From Eubacteriales bacterium (lineage in GTDB: Bacteria > Bacillota > Clostridia > Oscillospirales > CAG-272): a stretch of 64,000 bases of DNA. Shown one piece after another: positions 16,503-26,686 of this stretch. Positions within the stretch are counted from its first letter, which is position 1. Every line of letters starts with the position of its first letter. The notes beneath the pieces are model-generated. The model ran no database searches and was not told where the DNA came from. It was given only the letters and a program-made list of their open reading frames with translations. The DNA lies in contig JAZNDS010000056.1 of the NCBI GenBank assembly GCA_045588145.1, forward strand, positions 27,448-91,447. Direction: 5' to 3'. A program made the translations under genes and the position numbers.

Positions 16503-17513
16503 ATGAACGGTTTTCATGATAACGGGCTGCCAGAGGAGCCCGGCAAGAAAAAACGCTTTCGCCTTTTTGATTCGCAACGCGAGGGAAAGGGGGTCAGCAA
16601 AGAGGATGCCAAGATCACGCCTGACCTTAAGGGGTTCTTCCGTAGCTTTGGGCGTAATTTCAGCAAGCTTCTTTCGGTAAATCTTTTGATGGTGATCGGG
16701 AACTTCCCTGTTCTTTTCGCCATTCTCGGGCTTTCGGGGTGGTTCAAGCTTTCGTATATGACCCCCGTCTCTCCCTTCTTCGCGGGTCTTCACAACGCAA
16801 TGGTGCTGCAGGGGGGACAGACCCCCGCCTCCATGGCGCTTTTCGGAGTTTTCGGAATGCAGATCGAAAACAGCGCGATGACGACAACCTCGTATATCCT
16901 TCTCGGCCTTTCGGCGCTGACCTTTCTGACCTTTGGCTTCATCAAGGTCGGATCGACCTATGTGATCCGCTCTATGATCCGCGGGGAGCCGACCTTCCTG
17001 GCGGCCGATTTCCGTTACGCCGCCAAGCGAAACAAAAAGCAGGCCTTCCTTTTTGGTATGCTTGATCTGGTTTTGCTTTTGCTTCTTCCCTTCAATCTGA
17101 TCGTGATGCTCCAAAGCGCCACGTCCTTCCTTTCCAGCATCCTGCTTTGGGTCAACATCATCGTCAGCGTCCTGTATTGCTTTATGCGGCCGTATATCTA
17201 TCTTCAGATCATTACCTTTGATCTGAAGCTCGGCAAGATCCTCAAAAACGCGTTTATCTTCTCCCTGCTTGGGTTCAAAAGGAATATCCTGGCGCTGCTG
17301 GGGGCCGCCCTTCTCCTTCTTTTGACCGTGTTCCTCATTATGGGCATGGGTGGGCTTCTGATGCCGCTCGGTATCGCTTCCCCGCTGGTCATCTTCTTTT
17401 CGGCTACTTCCTTTATGGGGATCTTTGCCGCCTGGTTCAAGATCAAGGAGATCATGATCGACCCCGCGGAGGAAATTCAGGAGGAAGAGGAAACGCTTCC
17501 CTCCGAGGAATAA
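16503..17513 (+). CDS. Polytopic membrane protein, YesL/DUF624-like
   Basis: About 6 hydrophobic helices. The start is the ATG after GGAGGA. The 364-aa antisense ORF is low-complexity and was rejected. Confidence 0.65.
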   Translation: MNGFHDNGLPEEPGKKKRFRLFDSQREGKGVSKEDAKITPDLKGFFRSFGRNFSKLLSVNLLMVIGNFPVLFAILGLSGWFKLSYMTPVSPFFAGLHNAMVLQGGQTPASMALFGVFGMQIENSAMTTTSYILLGLSALTFLTFGFIKVGSTYVIRSMIRGEPTFLAADFRYAAKRNKKQAFLFGMLDLVLLLLLPFNLIVMLQSATSFLSSILLWVNIIVSVLYCFMRPYIYLQIITFDLKLGKILKNAFIFSLLGFKRNILALLGAALLLLLTVFLIMGMGGLLMPLGIASPLVIFFSATSFMGIFAAWFKIKEIMIDPAEEIQEEEETLPSEE

Positions 17514-18187
17514 CTCAAAAGCTCGGATACGGTCACCAAGCGGTATCCCTCCTTCTTCAGCCAAGGCAAAAGGGCCGCAAGGGCCGAAAGCGTGGCGCTT
17601 TGCTTTCCCCCGTAATCGTGAAACAAAAGGATCGAGCCGGGGTACACCGTATTCTGAACCGTTTTAATGATCTCGTGGGTCGGCGTGCCGGCCCAGTCAC
17701 GGGTATCGACATCCCAAAGGATGGCTCGATACCCTCTTTTTTTAATAAGATCGCGCACGGCCTTCCCGCAATATCCCTCGGGTGGTCTGAAAAGGGCGGT
17801 TGGCTTTTCGGTCAGCTCCTCGATCAGGCGCTCGTTCCGCTCGATCTCCCGAAAAAGCTCTTCTTCACTCATAGCGGAAAGATGCGGATGCGTGTAGGTG
17901 TGATTTCCTATCTCGTGCCCTTCCCTTACCGCCCTTTTTACCGTCTCCCGATATAATTCAAGGTTTTTTCCGATAACGAAAAAGGTGGCCTTTGCGTCAT
18001 ACCTTTCCAAAAGATCCAGCACCTTTTCGGTGTTTTGGGGGTGCGGTCCGTCATCAAAGGTAAGGGCGATCACCTTTTCCTCGGTGCTGACGCGGTGATA
18101 AACGTTTTCGATCGGCGTATATTCCCGTGGAAGCCCCCCTGAAAGAAGAAGGGGGGCCATGATACAGGCAATCAGATTTTTCAGCAT
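17477..18187 (-). CDS. Polysaccharide deacetylase (NodB homology domain)
   Basis: TFDDGPHP, the ATFFVIG and GNHTYTHPHL motifs, and an N-terminal signal/anchor. Confidence 0.88.
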   Translation of the reverse strand: MLKNLIACIMAPLLLSGGLPREYTPIENVYHRVSTEEKVIALTFDDGPHPQNTEKVLDLLERYDAKATFFVIGKNLELYRETVKRAVREGHEIGNHTYTHPHLSAMSEEELFREIERNERLIEELTEKPTALFRPPEGYCGKAVRDLIKKRGYRAILWDVDTRDWAGTPTHEIIKTVQNTVYPGSILLFHDYGGKQSATLSALAALLPWLKKEGYRLVTVSELLSYSSEGSVSSSS

Positions 18188-18188
18188 C

Positions 18189-18983
18189 TTAAGGGGCGGT
18201 CAGCTCATACAGCGTGCCGAAGGAATACCCAAGGCTGCGCCATTCGCGTATCAGGTCCTTCAGAATAGCGGCATTGGTAGACGAGGTGGGGTGCAAAAGG
18301 ATCACGGCACCGTTATGCGTATTTGAAAGCAGCTTTTTCTTGGCCTCCTCAAGGCTTGGCTGGCGGTCGTTGTCCCAATCGGCATACGCAAGGCTCCAGA
18401 AAACCGTTTTGTAACCGAGCTTTTGTGCCATTTTAAGGTTTTCCTCGCTAAAGCGCCCCTCGGGCGGTCGGTAGAATTTGGCCATTTCCTTGCCCGTCTT
18501 TTCTTTATAAAGGCGCTCCAGCGCGGCCAGCTCCTCCGAAAAGGCGGCTTCGTCATGGATCTTGGTCATATCCCTGTGCTTTAAGGTGTGATTGCATAAA
18601 AGATGTCCTTCCTCGGCCATACGGATCACAAGCTCGGGGTTCCGAAGGATCAGGTTATCGAGAATAAAAAAGGCCCCTTTTACGTTTTCTTCCTTCAGAA
18701 TGTTCAGGATCTTTTCGATATTTCCGTTTTCGTATCCCGCGTCGAAGGTAAGATACAAGACCTTCTCTTCGGTGTCATCCCCGTGCTTTTTGTCAATATA
18801 ATACGCATCGTACTGCTGGATATAGGAAACGGCGGGATCAAGAAGCGGCTGCTTATTATCGCTGTTTCGCTTTACATACCAACCCATCGGGGGCTTTTTT
18901 TCGGCGTTGACCGAAAGCGGGGGATAAAGCGTAAAAAGAAGCGCTGTTATCAGCGCGATCGAAAAAAGTTTCGTTTTTTTCAT
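18189..18983 (-). CDS. pdaA: Delta-lactam-biosynthetic de-N-acetylase (sporulation polysaccharide deacetylase PdaA-like)
   Basis: 264 aa from MKKTKLF (RBS AAGGAAGG). LTFDAGYENGN, GAFFILDN and NHTLKHRDM are PdaA-type motifs. Signal peptide present. Confidence 0.8.
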   Translation of the reverse strand: MKKTKLFSIALITALLFTLYPPLSVNAEKKPPMGWYVKRNSDNKQPLLDPAVSYIQQYDAYYIDKKHGDDTEEKVLYLTFDAGYENGNIEKILNILKEENVKGAFFILDNLILRNPELVIRMAEEGHLLCNHTLKHRDMTKIHDEAAFSEELAALERLYKEKTGKEMAKFYRPPEGRFSEENLKMAQKLGYKTVFWSLAYADWDNDRQPSLEEAKKKLLSNTHNGAVILLHPTSSTNAAILKDLIREWRSLGYSFGTLYELTAP

Positions 18984-19061
18984 AGCATTCCTTCCTTTCT
19001 TTTTTATTATGGCCAAAAAAGAAAGGAGGACGCCTTGCAAAATAAGGCGCCCCTTCCAAAG

Positions 19062-19094
19062 AAAAAATGCGGATATTTCTATCCGCATTTTTTT
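19062..19094. terminator. Terminator after rpsU (bidirectional shape)
   Basis: ATGCGGATA-tttc-TATCCGCAT flanked by A- and T-tracts. Confidence 0.8.
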
Positions 19095-19271
19095 TCACTT
19101 AAACTTACGCTTGCGAGCTGCCTCAGCCTTCTTCTTGCGCTTTACGCTGGGCTTTTCGTAATGCTCTCTTTTGCGCAATTCGGTCAGAACGCCCGATTTT
19201 ACGCACTGTCTCTTAAAACGACGCAGCGCGCTGTCAAGCGTTTCGTTTTCCTTAACTCTGACTTCTGCCAT
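19095..19271 (-). CDS. rpsU: 30S ribosomal protein S21
   Basis: Hand translation gives [58 protein letters not shown] (58 aa). It falls below the ORF-track cutoff. Confidence 0.93.
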   Translation of the reverse strand: MAEVRVKENETLDSALRRFKRQCVKSGVLTELRKREHYEKPSVKRKKKAEAARKRKFK

Positions 19272-19328
19272 CCAATATCCCTCCCCTCGCTGTTAGCAAG
19301 AGATATAAAATCTCATCATATACGATAC

Positions 19329-19357
19329 ATTATATCCTGCTTTTGCCACTTTGTCAA
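19329..19357 (-). promoter_or_regulatory. Consensus sigma-A promoter of rpsU
   Basis: Minus strand TTGACA-17 nt-TATAAT. Confidence 0.75.
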
Positions 19358-19380
19358 TACAGATTTTAAAAATAATCGGA

Positions 19381-20241
19381 TTATTTTTTCTTTTCGGCAA
19401 AGGATATCGCGGCACGCAGGGTGTTTTCCATCAGCATCGTGATGGTCATGGGGCCAACGCCACCGGGAACGGGGGTGATGAACGAAGCTTTCGGTGAGGC
19501 CGACTCAAAATCCACGTCGCCGCAAAGCTTTCCGTCGGGCAGGCGGTTGATGCCCACGTCAACGACAACGGCCCCCTCCTTGATCATATCGCCCTTGATA
19601 AAGCGCGGGCGCCCAACGGCCGCCACCACGATATCGGCACGCTTCACTTCCTCGGCAAGATCTTTGGTTTTGGAGTGGCAGATCGTGACCGTCGCGTTCT
19701 TTTCGAGCATCAGAAGCGCCTGCGGCTTCCCAACAATGTTGCTTCGCCCAACGACCACACAATGCTTGCCGCAGAGGTCGATGCCGTAATAGTCAAGCAG
19801 GACCATAACACCGGCGGGGGTACAGGGTAAAAAGGTGTAGTTCCCCGTGCAGATGCCCCCCACGTTCTCGGGATGAAAGGCGTCTACGTCCTTTCGGGGG
19901 TCGATCGCCTTGATGATAGCCTCCTCACAGATCTGCTTCGGCAGAGGAAGCTGAACGAGAATACCGTCGGTGCTTTCATCCTTGTTCAGCTTTTCGATCA
20001 GCGAAAGAAGCTCTTCTTCGGTGGTCGTTTCGGGCAGCTCGTAGACCTCGGAGTTGAAGCCGACGTCGACACACGCGCGGCGCTTATTCCGCACGTAAAC
20101 ACACGAGGCGGGATCGCTTCCGACAAGAATGACCGAAAGCCCGGGGGTATGCCCGGTTTTTTGAATGAATTCAGCGGTTTTTTCGCGGATCCTTTCCCGC
20201 GTTGCGGACGATACCAGGCGTCCGTCCAGAATGGTTCCCAT
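19381..20241 (-). CDS. folD: Bifunctional methylenetetrahydrofolate dehydrogenase/methenyl-THF cyclohydrolase
   Basis: VILVGSDPASCVYVRNK, DGILVQLPLP, GRSNIVGKP. Confidence 0.95.
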   Translation of the reverse strand: MGTILDGRLVSSATRERIREKTAEFIQKTGHTPGLSVILVGSDPASCVYVRNKRRACVDVGFNSEVYELPETTTEEELLSLIEKLNKDESTDGILVQLPLPKQICEEAIIKAIDPRKDVDAFHPENVGGICTGNYTFLPCTPAGVMVLLDYYGIDLCGKHCVVVGRSNIVGKPQALLMLEKNATVTICHSKTKDLAEEVKRADIVVAAVGRPRFIKGDMIKEGAVVVDVGINRLPDGKLCGDVDFESASPKASFITPVPGGVGPMTITMLMENTLRAAISFAEKKK

Positions 20242-20261
20242 GGTTTTCTCCTTGCTATTTC

Positions 20262-21125
20262 TTATTCTGCCTTCTCGGAGATCTCGTCAAAGGCGGTCGG
20301 CTTTTTGGTCTTTTTGATCAGGTTGTAAAGCAGAATACCGCCGCAGACCAGGAAGAACACGAGCCCGAGGATCGAAGAGACCTTCAGATACCAGACGGCG
20401 TTTTCGTTGTTGCCGCCGATGGCAAGGCTGTCGGTCCGCAGCTGCTCGATAAACATACGGCCAAAGCCGTACCAGGCGAAATACATCAGAACGATCTGCC
20501 CGTTATACTGCTTTTTCTTGTAGAAGAGGCTGATGAGGATAAGCCCGATAAAGTTCCAGAGGGATTCGTAGAAGAAGCAGGGGTGATAATAATACCATTT
20601 TCCGCCCTGTAAAATGCCCATACGGCAGAAGATGTCGGTCTCGGCGCCATACGCCTCGGCGTTGAAGAAGTTCCCCCAGCGGCCCATCAGCTGGCCGATC
20701 ATAACGGCGGGGGCGATCATATCGTAAAATACGAGCGGATCTCTCTTTTTCAGCTTGCACCAGACGAAAATGGTGACAGCACCCGCAATAATGGCGCCGT
20801 AGATCGCAAGGCCGCCCTCCCAGATGGCAAACACGTGCCAGAACGGGCGCCCGATATACTGCTCAAGCGAGGTGATGACGAAGAAAATACGGGCCCCAAG
20901 CACGGCGAAAAGGACGGTGTAGATCCCGACGTCCAAAACATCATCCGAGGAAACACGCTCTTGCTTGGCGCGGTAGAGAACGTACAGGGCCGCCATGATG
21001 ATGCCAAGGGTGATGATGACCCCGTACCAGGCCACCTCCTTGCCGAAGATCGTGAAGGCAACGCTGTTAACGGCGAATTCCCCGATCCCGAGTCCCGGGA
21101 ACGATAAATAAGAGATTTTTAACAT
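20262..21125 (-). CDS. lgt: Prolipoprotein diacylglyceryl transferase
   Basis: GGLAIYGAIIAG and GRWGNFFNAEAYG motifs; multi-pass membrane protein. Confidence 0.93.
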   Translation of the reverse strand: MLKISYLSFPGLGIGEFAVNSVAFTIFGKEVAWYGVIITLGIIMAALYVLYRAKQERVSSDDVLDVGIYTVLFAVLGARIFFVITSLEQYIGRPFWHVFAIWEGGLAIYGAIIAGAVTIFVWCKLKKRDPLVFYDMIAPAVMIGQLMGRWGNFFNAEAYGAETDIFCRMGILQGGKWYYYHPCFFYESLWNFIGLILISLFYKKKQYNGQIVLMYFAWYGFGRMFIEQLRTDSLAIGGNNENAVWYLKVSSILGLVFFLVCGGILLYNLIKKTKKPTAFDEISEKAE

Positions 21126-22429
21126 TTTTCTTTTCCTTTCTCGGGAATAATGACCACCTCGGCCATATTTTCCTCGTTTAAGAATGCTTGTATAACGGCT
21201 TCGACATCTTCCCTTGTGATCCTTTGCAAAAGCTTTCCGGTCTCAAAGAGGGAGACCCCGTCGGTTACCGCGTCAAGCAAGGAAACGGCGATCTCCTCGG
21301 TGCTGTCGAAATCCTTGACAAATTCGGCAAAGTGAACACGGCGGATCCGCTCAAAATCCGCGGGGGTGATCTTCTTCTCCCCCCGCCGATAAAGAGAGAT
21401 CTCCTCTTTTAAGGCGGCAAGCAGGGCCTTCGGGTCATCGGTCGCGGCGGAAAACAGAAGGTGGCCGCATCCGCGCGTGGATTCGTAGCTGACCGAGAAA
21501 TCCGAGCCGATCAGCCCCTTTCGGTACAGCGTATCGTAAAAATCGGTTCCGCTGCCGAACAAAAGGTCGGCCAAAAGGTTCATACAAAGGGCGCGTGTCA
21601 CCCTTTCGGTGGGGTCGGCCTTATCGTCGGTATCCTTGATCCCAAGGCAGACGATCGGGCGTGCTACGTCCATCGTGAAGGTGAATTTCTTACGATAGAT
21701 CCGCTTCGGCTCCTCGGGGTAAATGCGCTTTGGCAGATCCCAGGCACAAAGCGGAACGTATTTGTCGGCAAGAGAAAGGACCTCTTCCACCGATATTTTT
21801 CCGCAAACGATCAGGGTCATATTCCTTGGATGGTAAAAGGCGCGGAAGCAGGTATGGAGAAGCCCCGGCGTGATAGTGCCGATCGACTCGACCGAGCCGC
21901 AGATGTTCCTGCGGATGCCGTGATGCTCGTAAAGGCTTTCCATCATCGCGTAATACAGGCGATTGAAGGGCGAATCGTCGTACATCCCGATCTCCTGGGC
22001 GATGATCCCCTGCTCTTTTTTTACGTTCTCCTCGGTAAAATACGGGTGAAATACATAATCCAAGAGGATCGAAAGCGGCTTCAGGATATCCCCGCTGGTG
22101 GAAAACAGATACGAGGTCACCTCGTTTGAGGTGAACGCGTTGGCCGAGGCACCGACCGCCGCGAATTTATCGAAGGTATCGACGTGATCCTCGCTTTCGA
22201 ACATCTTGTGTTCTAAAAAGTGGGCGACCCCATCGGGCAGCGTAACGCTTGTCCCCTCGTTCGGCAGCGAAAAGCAATTATCAAGCGAGCCGAAGGCCGT
22301 GGAAAGCGAAACGTACGCCGTTCCGAGCATCTTTTTAAAGACATAGATCGTAAGGCCGCTTTCGTGGTGGATAAGGTCGTATTCCTCCCGCAAAAAGTCA
22401 TCCTTAACGTGCGTGATCTCATTCTTCAT
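21119..22429 (-). CDS. M16 family zinc peptidase (active subunit, YmfH-like)
   Basis: HFLEHKMFE (HxxEH) motif; 436 aa. Confidence 0.85.
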   Translation of the reverse strand: MKNEITHVKDDFLREEYDLIHHESGLTIYVFKKMLGTAYVSLSTAFGSLDNCFSLPNEGTSVTLPDGVAHFLEHKMFESEDHVDTFDKFAAVGASANAFTSNEVTSYLFSTSGDILKPLSILLDYVFHPYFTEENVKKEQGIIAQEIGMYDDSPFNRLYYAMMESLYEHHGIRRNICGSVESIGTITPGLLHTCFRAFYHPRNMTLIVCGKISVEEVLSLADKYVPLCAWDLPKRIYPEEPKRIYRKKFTFTMDVARPIVCLGIKDTDDKADPTERVTRALCMNLLADLLFGSGTDFYDTLYRKGLIGSDFSVSYESTRGCGHLLFSAATDDPKALLAALKEEISLYRRGEKKITPADFERIRRVHFAEFVKDFDSTEEIAVSLLDAVTDGVSLFETGKLLQRITREDVEAVIQAFLNEENMAEVVIIPEKGKEKC

Positions 22430-23729
22430 CGCTTCCCGATTCCTTTCTCTTGGCTAAGGAGCCGCGCAGAAAATAAACGGTATCCAGCCGAACGGTAGCG
22501 GCAACCGCGCGTATCTCCTGCAGCGTGACGCGCATAACCGCCTCGGCCGCCTCCTCGGGGGTCTCGGAGATGCCCGAAAGGTCACGCACGAAATACCAGC
22601 TTGCGAGGAGCTGCGGGTCATCCGAAACCGAGCGGAATTGCCCCGCCAGAATGTTTTTTGCGAGCAAAAGCTCGTTCTCCGTGATCTTTCCGGCCTTCAT
22701 CAAACGGAATTGGCGCAAAATCTCGCGTAGCGCGCGCCGATATTTGGCGTTTTCGATCCCTGCCGTTACCAGAAGAATGCCCTTCGTAAGCTCTTGCCTT
22801 GCCGAGCAGGAATAGCAAAGGCTTAATTTTTCCCGTACGTTGGCAAACAGCTTGGAGGTGGGGGAGGCCCCGAATACGTAAAGGAAAAGCGACATCGCGC
22901 TATGAAGCGGATCCTTGATGCGTGTTCCGACACGGAACCCAAGGCAAAGCTTTGCTTGCTTGGCCTTGGCGCTTTCCCGGATCCGCTTTGCGCGGATCTT
23001 CTGGGGATTGGGCTCGGTCTCAAAAAGAGCACAGGGGATGCGCCGAATGTCGGTAAAGAGCGAGGAGACCGTGTCCCGCACCGTATCGAAGCTTTCGCTT
23101 CCCGTATAATAGATCATGATCTTGGCTTCGGCAAGCAAGGAGCGGTAGGCCTCGTAAAGCGAAAAGGGAGTTATCGCCTCAATCTCCTTGATCGTGCCAA
23201 ATTCGCTGATGCCGTATTTTTCGTTGCGGCACATATGCCCGATGCAACGGATACGGGCGTAATAGGCCTTGTTATCCAGCTGGGCGCGGATGGCGTCGAT
23301 CGCGTTTTTCTTTTCCCCCTCGACGTATTCTTCAAGGAAGACCCCCGTGCTTTTGTCGCACAGCGGATGGAAAAGAAGGCTTTTCAGCAGGTCACAGAGC
23401 GAAGAAAGCATGGAAAGCCCATCGGGAATATAATCCTGCTGCAGCATCCCTACGTCAAAGGTGATGATCTGCATATCCCCACGTCTTGAGACCGAGGTAT
23501 TCAGATCGGCGGAATACAGCCCCTCCAAATGGCGGGAAAGAAGCGTTTGCGTGGGGTATTTTTCACACCCGCGCCGCAGAACAGCGGGGATAAGCGCACG
23601 GTGCGAGGCCGCCCTTTCGCTGTCGATCGGGACCACGAAATGCAGCTGCAGATGGGCGCTTTTAAAGGTGTCGGTCGGCAAATGGTGCAGATAGATCTGC
23701 TCTCCAAGCTCGATTTTTAACGGTACCAT
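22419..23729 (-). CDS. M16 family peptidase-like protein (non-catalytic partner, YmfF-like)
   Basis: Same length and fold pattern as its neighbour but without HxxEH. The two genes overlap, which suggests translational coupling. Confidence 0.75.
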   Translation of the reverse strand: MVPLKIELGEQIYLHHLPTDTFKSAHLQLHFVVPIDSERAASHRALIPAVLRRGCEKYPTQTLLSRHLEGLYSADLNTSVSRRGDMQIITFDVGMLQQDYIPDGLSMLSSLCDLLKSLLFHPLCDKSTGVFLEEYVEGEKKNAIDAIRAQLDNKAYYARIRCIGHMCRNEKYGISEFGTIKEIEAITPFSLYEAYRSLLAEAKIMIYYTGSESFDTVRDTVSSLFTDIRRIPCALFETEPNPQKIRAKRIRESAKAKQAKLCLGFRVGTRIKDPLHSAMSLFLYVFGASPTSKLFANVREKLSLCYSCSARQELTKGILLVTAGIENAKYRRALREILRQFRLMKAGKITENELLLAKNILAGQFRSVSDDPQLLASWYFVRDLSGISETPEEAAEAVMRVTLQEIRAVAATVRLDTVYFLRGSLAKRKESGSDEE

Positions 23730-23958
23730 ATATGTATGGGGGAATCTTCCCCACTCCTTTTTGTAAAAATATATAATTGCTTTTAGGTATACAACTACAT
23801 TATATAATTATACTCCTTTTATATTCTTTTTGCAATACCCAATTTTATATTTGGTAAAAGCCGATAAAAGTCTCATCTTTCGGCTTTTTTGTCTTATCGT
23901 ATTGCCATTTTTGCGGTTATATGGTATAACAAAAATACCGCAAAAAGGAGATTGGCAT

Positions 23959-25890
23959 ATGGAAATGGCAAAGTGGATCTGGACAAACCCCGCCCCTTCC
24001 TCGGATGAATACGGGGAATTCTATGAAAGCTTTTCTTTTTCGGGAGAAAAGACCGAGCTATATATTTCTGCCGACAGCAATTACGCCGTTTACCTGAACG
24101 GGGAGCTTTGCGCCTTCGGGCAATACCCCGACTTCCCTTACGACAAGGTCTACGATACCGTGGATCTTACCCCCTTTTGCCGCACGGGCAAAAACCATCT
24201 CGGGATCGTTGTATGGTATTATGGGATCGATACCACCATGGTATATTATAAAGGAAACGCTTCCCTGCTGTTTGCGGTAAAGGCGGGTGATTCCGTCCTT
24301 GCGCGCAGCTCTATGGATACGCTTTCCCGCCAAAGCCGTGCATATGAAAGTCATCGGAACAAAACCATCACAAGACAGCTGGGTCTTGGCTATCATTACG
24401 ATGCTTCAAGCGAGGATAATTGGCGTTTCGGGGAGCTTTCGGGCTTTTCAAAAAGCGTTTTGGTCGAGCAGGAGCCGCCCCTCCGCCCTCGCCCCTGTGA
24501 GCGGCTCTTTTTTGGAGAGGCTGCCGTGGGAAGGTTTGTTAAAAAAACGGCACCCAACCGCCTTCTCTTTGATCTTGGGGTCAATACGGTCGGCTTTTTG
24601 ACGCTTTCGGTCGTATCCCCCGTTAAGCAAAGGCTTACGGTTTCTTACGGAGAGCATCTTGTGGACGGAACCGTTCGCCGCATCATCTCCTACCGCGATT
24701 TCAGCGCGGACGTTACCGTTGGCGCGGGAAAAACCGAGTACGCGAACCCTTTCCGTCGCTTTGGCGGGCGGTATATGGAGATCGAAAGCGAGGAGCCGAT
24801 CGAGGTCCTGCGGCTGGGGCTGATTCCGACGCTGTATCCGCTTGAAATAGCCCCGCGCCCCCAATTGACCGAAAAGGAGAACGAGATCTACGATATTTGC
24901 TTACGCACGCTTATTCTCTGCACACACGAGCATTACGAGGATTGTCCTTGGCGTGAGCAGGGGCTGTACGCCCTTGACAGCCGTAATCAGATGCTTGCCT
25001 CCTATTATGCCTTTAAAGGGACCGAATATCAGCGATCGAATCTGGAGCTGATGTCCAAGGACGATCGCGCGGACAAGCTGCTTTCGATCTGCTTCCCGAT
25101 GTCGGGCGATCTGGTCATTCCTTCCTTTGCGCTTCACTATTTCAGCTCCTGCGCCGAATATCTTCGGCGTACGAACGACCTTGCGTTTTTGGAAGAGATC
25201 TATCCGAAGCTTCAGTCGATCCTTTCGGCCTTTTTGGGGAATACCCTTGCAAGCAGTCATCTGGTCGATTGCTTCCACGGGGCGAATTACTGGAACTTTT
25301 ACGAATGGACCCTCGGGCATAACGGACACGGCAAGGGGGACGGAGAGGGAGCGGAGCTTCTTCTGAACGCGCTGTATTCTCTCGCCCTTTCGCATATGGC
25401 CGAAATCGCCGCTGCCCTTGGGAAGCCGAATTCCTACAAGGAAGAGGCACGTCTTCTTAACGAGGATATCGTGAAGGCGTTTTATCGTGAGGATATCGGC
25501 CTTTTCACCGACAGAATGGGGGATGCAACGGCAAGTGTTCTCGGCAATGCGTTGGCGATCCTTTGCGGGGCCGCGCCCAAGGAAAGGGCTGCCGCTATGG
25601 CCGAAAGAATGGTTACGGATAAGGGCCTGCTTCCGCCCTCCCTCGGGGCACGGTGGTTTCTCTTCGATGCGCTTCTTTTGGTTGACCGTGACCGCTACGC
25701 CCCCTATATTTTGGCGGAGATCGAGCGTATTTATCAGCCGATGCTCGAGCTTGGGGTCGGCACCGTCTGGGAGACCGAACAGGGAGAAGCGGATTTTGGC
25801 AAGGCGGGAAGCCTTTGCCACGGCTGGAACGCAATGCCGATCTACTATTATCACACGCTCGGCTCCTCGGCACAAATTAAAGATCGGTAA
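23959..25890 (+). CDS. Alpha-L-rhamnosidase-related (GH78-like, six-hairpin) protein
   Basis: MEMAKWIW... N-terminus and a C-terminal (alpha/alpha)6-like region with a CHGW motif. The start is the ATG after AAAGGAG; I trimmed the listed ORF. Confidence 0.6.
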   Translation: MEMAKWIWTNPAPSSDEYGEFYESFSFSGEKTELYISADSNYAVYLNGELCAFGQYPDFPYDKVYDTVDLTPFCRTGKNHLGIVVWYYGIDTTMVYYKGNASLLFAVKAGDSVLARSSMDTLSRQSRAYESHRNKTITRQLGLGYHYDASSEDNWRFGELSGFSKSVLVEQEPPLRPRPCERLFFGEAAVGRFVKKTAPNRLLFDLGVNTVGFLTLSVVSPVKQRLTVSYGEHLVDGTVRRIISYRDFSADVTVGAGKTEYANPFRRFGGRYMEIESEEPIEVLRLGLIPTLYPLEIAPRPQLTEKENEIYDICLRTLILCTHEHYEDCPWREQGLYALDSRNQMLASYYAFKGTEYQRSNLELMSKDDRADKLLSICFPMSGDLVIPSFALHYFSSCAEYLRRTNDLAFLEEIYPKLQSILSAFLGNTLASSHLVDCFHGANYWNFYEWTLGHNGHGKGDGEGAELLLNALYSLALSHMAEIAAALGKPNSYKEEARLLNEDIVKAFYREDIGLFTDRMGDATASVLGNALAILCGAAPKERAAAMAERMVTDKGLLPPSLGARWFLFDALLLVDRDRYAPYILAEIERIYQPMLELGVGTVWETEQGEADFGKAGSLCHGWNAMPIYYYHTLGSSAQIKDR

Positions 25891-25939
25891 ACAAAAAAGG
25901 CAAGTACGGAGCGTACTTGTCTTTTTTATATCGAAAGGC

Positions 25940-26494
25940 TCAGCTTTCCATCTGCTTTCCCAGAAAGCCGGCGGCGGTCTGGATCAGCTTGCATTCGATC
26001 TCATCGGCGATCTTGCCTTCCCCGCTTGCTTCGTCATGAAGAACCGAAAGCACGCATCCAACGATATCGCCCTCGGAAAGAATAGGCATCGCGCAGCTGA
26101 TATAATGAGAGCCGCCCTCCTCGGTGACCCGCAGGCGGTTGCCCCCCGCGCGGTAGGTGTAAAGAGTGCGGGTATCGATAATATCCTCAAGCTCCTCCGA
26201 AAGCTTCTTTTCCAGGTATTCCTTCTTCGAAACCCCCGAAGCGGCGATCACGGCGTCTCGGTCGGTGATCAGCACCGCCATCGAGCAGGTCTTGTGCAGC
26301 GTTTCGGCGTATTGCGCGGCAAAGCCCGCCAGCTCTCCAATGGGGGAATATTTTTTGAAAATGACCTCTCCTTCGCGGTCGGTATATATCTCCAGCGGGT
26401 CGCCCTCGCGGATTCTCATGGTGCGGCGGATCTCTTTGGGGATAACGACACGCCCCAGATCATCGATCCTGCGCACAATTCCGGTTGCTTTCAT
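25940..26494 (-). CDS. spoVT: Stage V sporulation protein T (AbrB-family regulator)
   Basis: MKATGIVRRIDDLGRVVIPKEIRRTMRIREGDPLEI SpoVT/AbrB swapped-hairpin N-terminus plus a GAF-like C-terminus. Confidence 0.92.
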   Translation of the reverse strand: MKATGIVRRIDDLGRVVIPKEIRRTMRIREGDPLEIYTDREGEVIFKKYSPIGELAGFAAQYAETLHKTCSMAVLITDRDAVIAASGVSKKEYLEKKLSEELEDIIDTRTLYTYRAGGNRLRVTEEGGSHYISCAMPILSEGDIVGCVLSVLHDEASGEGKIADEIECKLIQTAAGFLGKQMES

Positions 26495-26506
26495 ACATAA
26501 ATCTCC

Positions 26507-26534
26507 TTATTATCCACGTCTTCACGCGTTTTAC
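26507..26534 (-). promoter_or_regulatory. Possible forespore (SigF/SigG-type) promoter of spoVT
   Basis: Minus strand GTAAA-14 nt-GGATAATAA. The resemblance to GTATA-N15-GGnnAnAnTA is only loose. Confidence 0.3.
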
Positions 26535-26686
26535 AAGGATATTATTTGAAAAGTTACTGAATTTTATCCATAACAGAGTTTGGAAATGAAAAGTAGATAT
26601 TTTCCGCAAAAAAATCCGAAAAGCCTTGACACTTTGACGAAAAAGTTGTATATTCTTCTCGTTGACGAAAAAGTGAGGATTTCGGT

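Noticed and set aside
16470-17564. 364-aa antisense ORF opposite the YesL-like gene
   Set aside because: It has a low-complexity K/E/G/D/R/H-rich translation and no RBS. The sense strand encodes a coherent multi-TM protein with a promoter and RBS.
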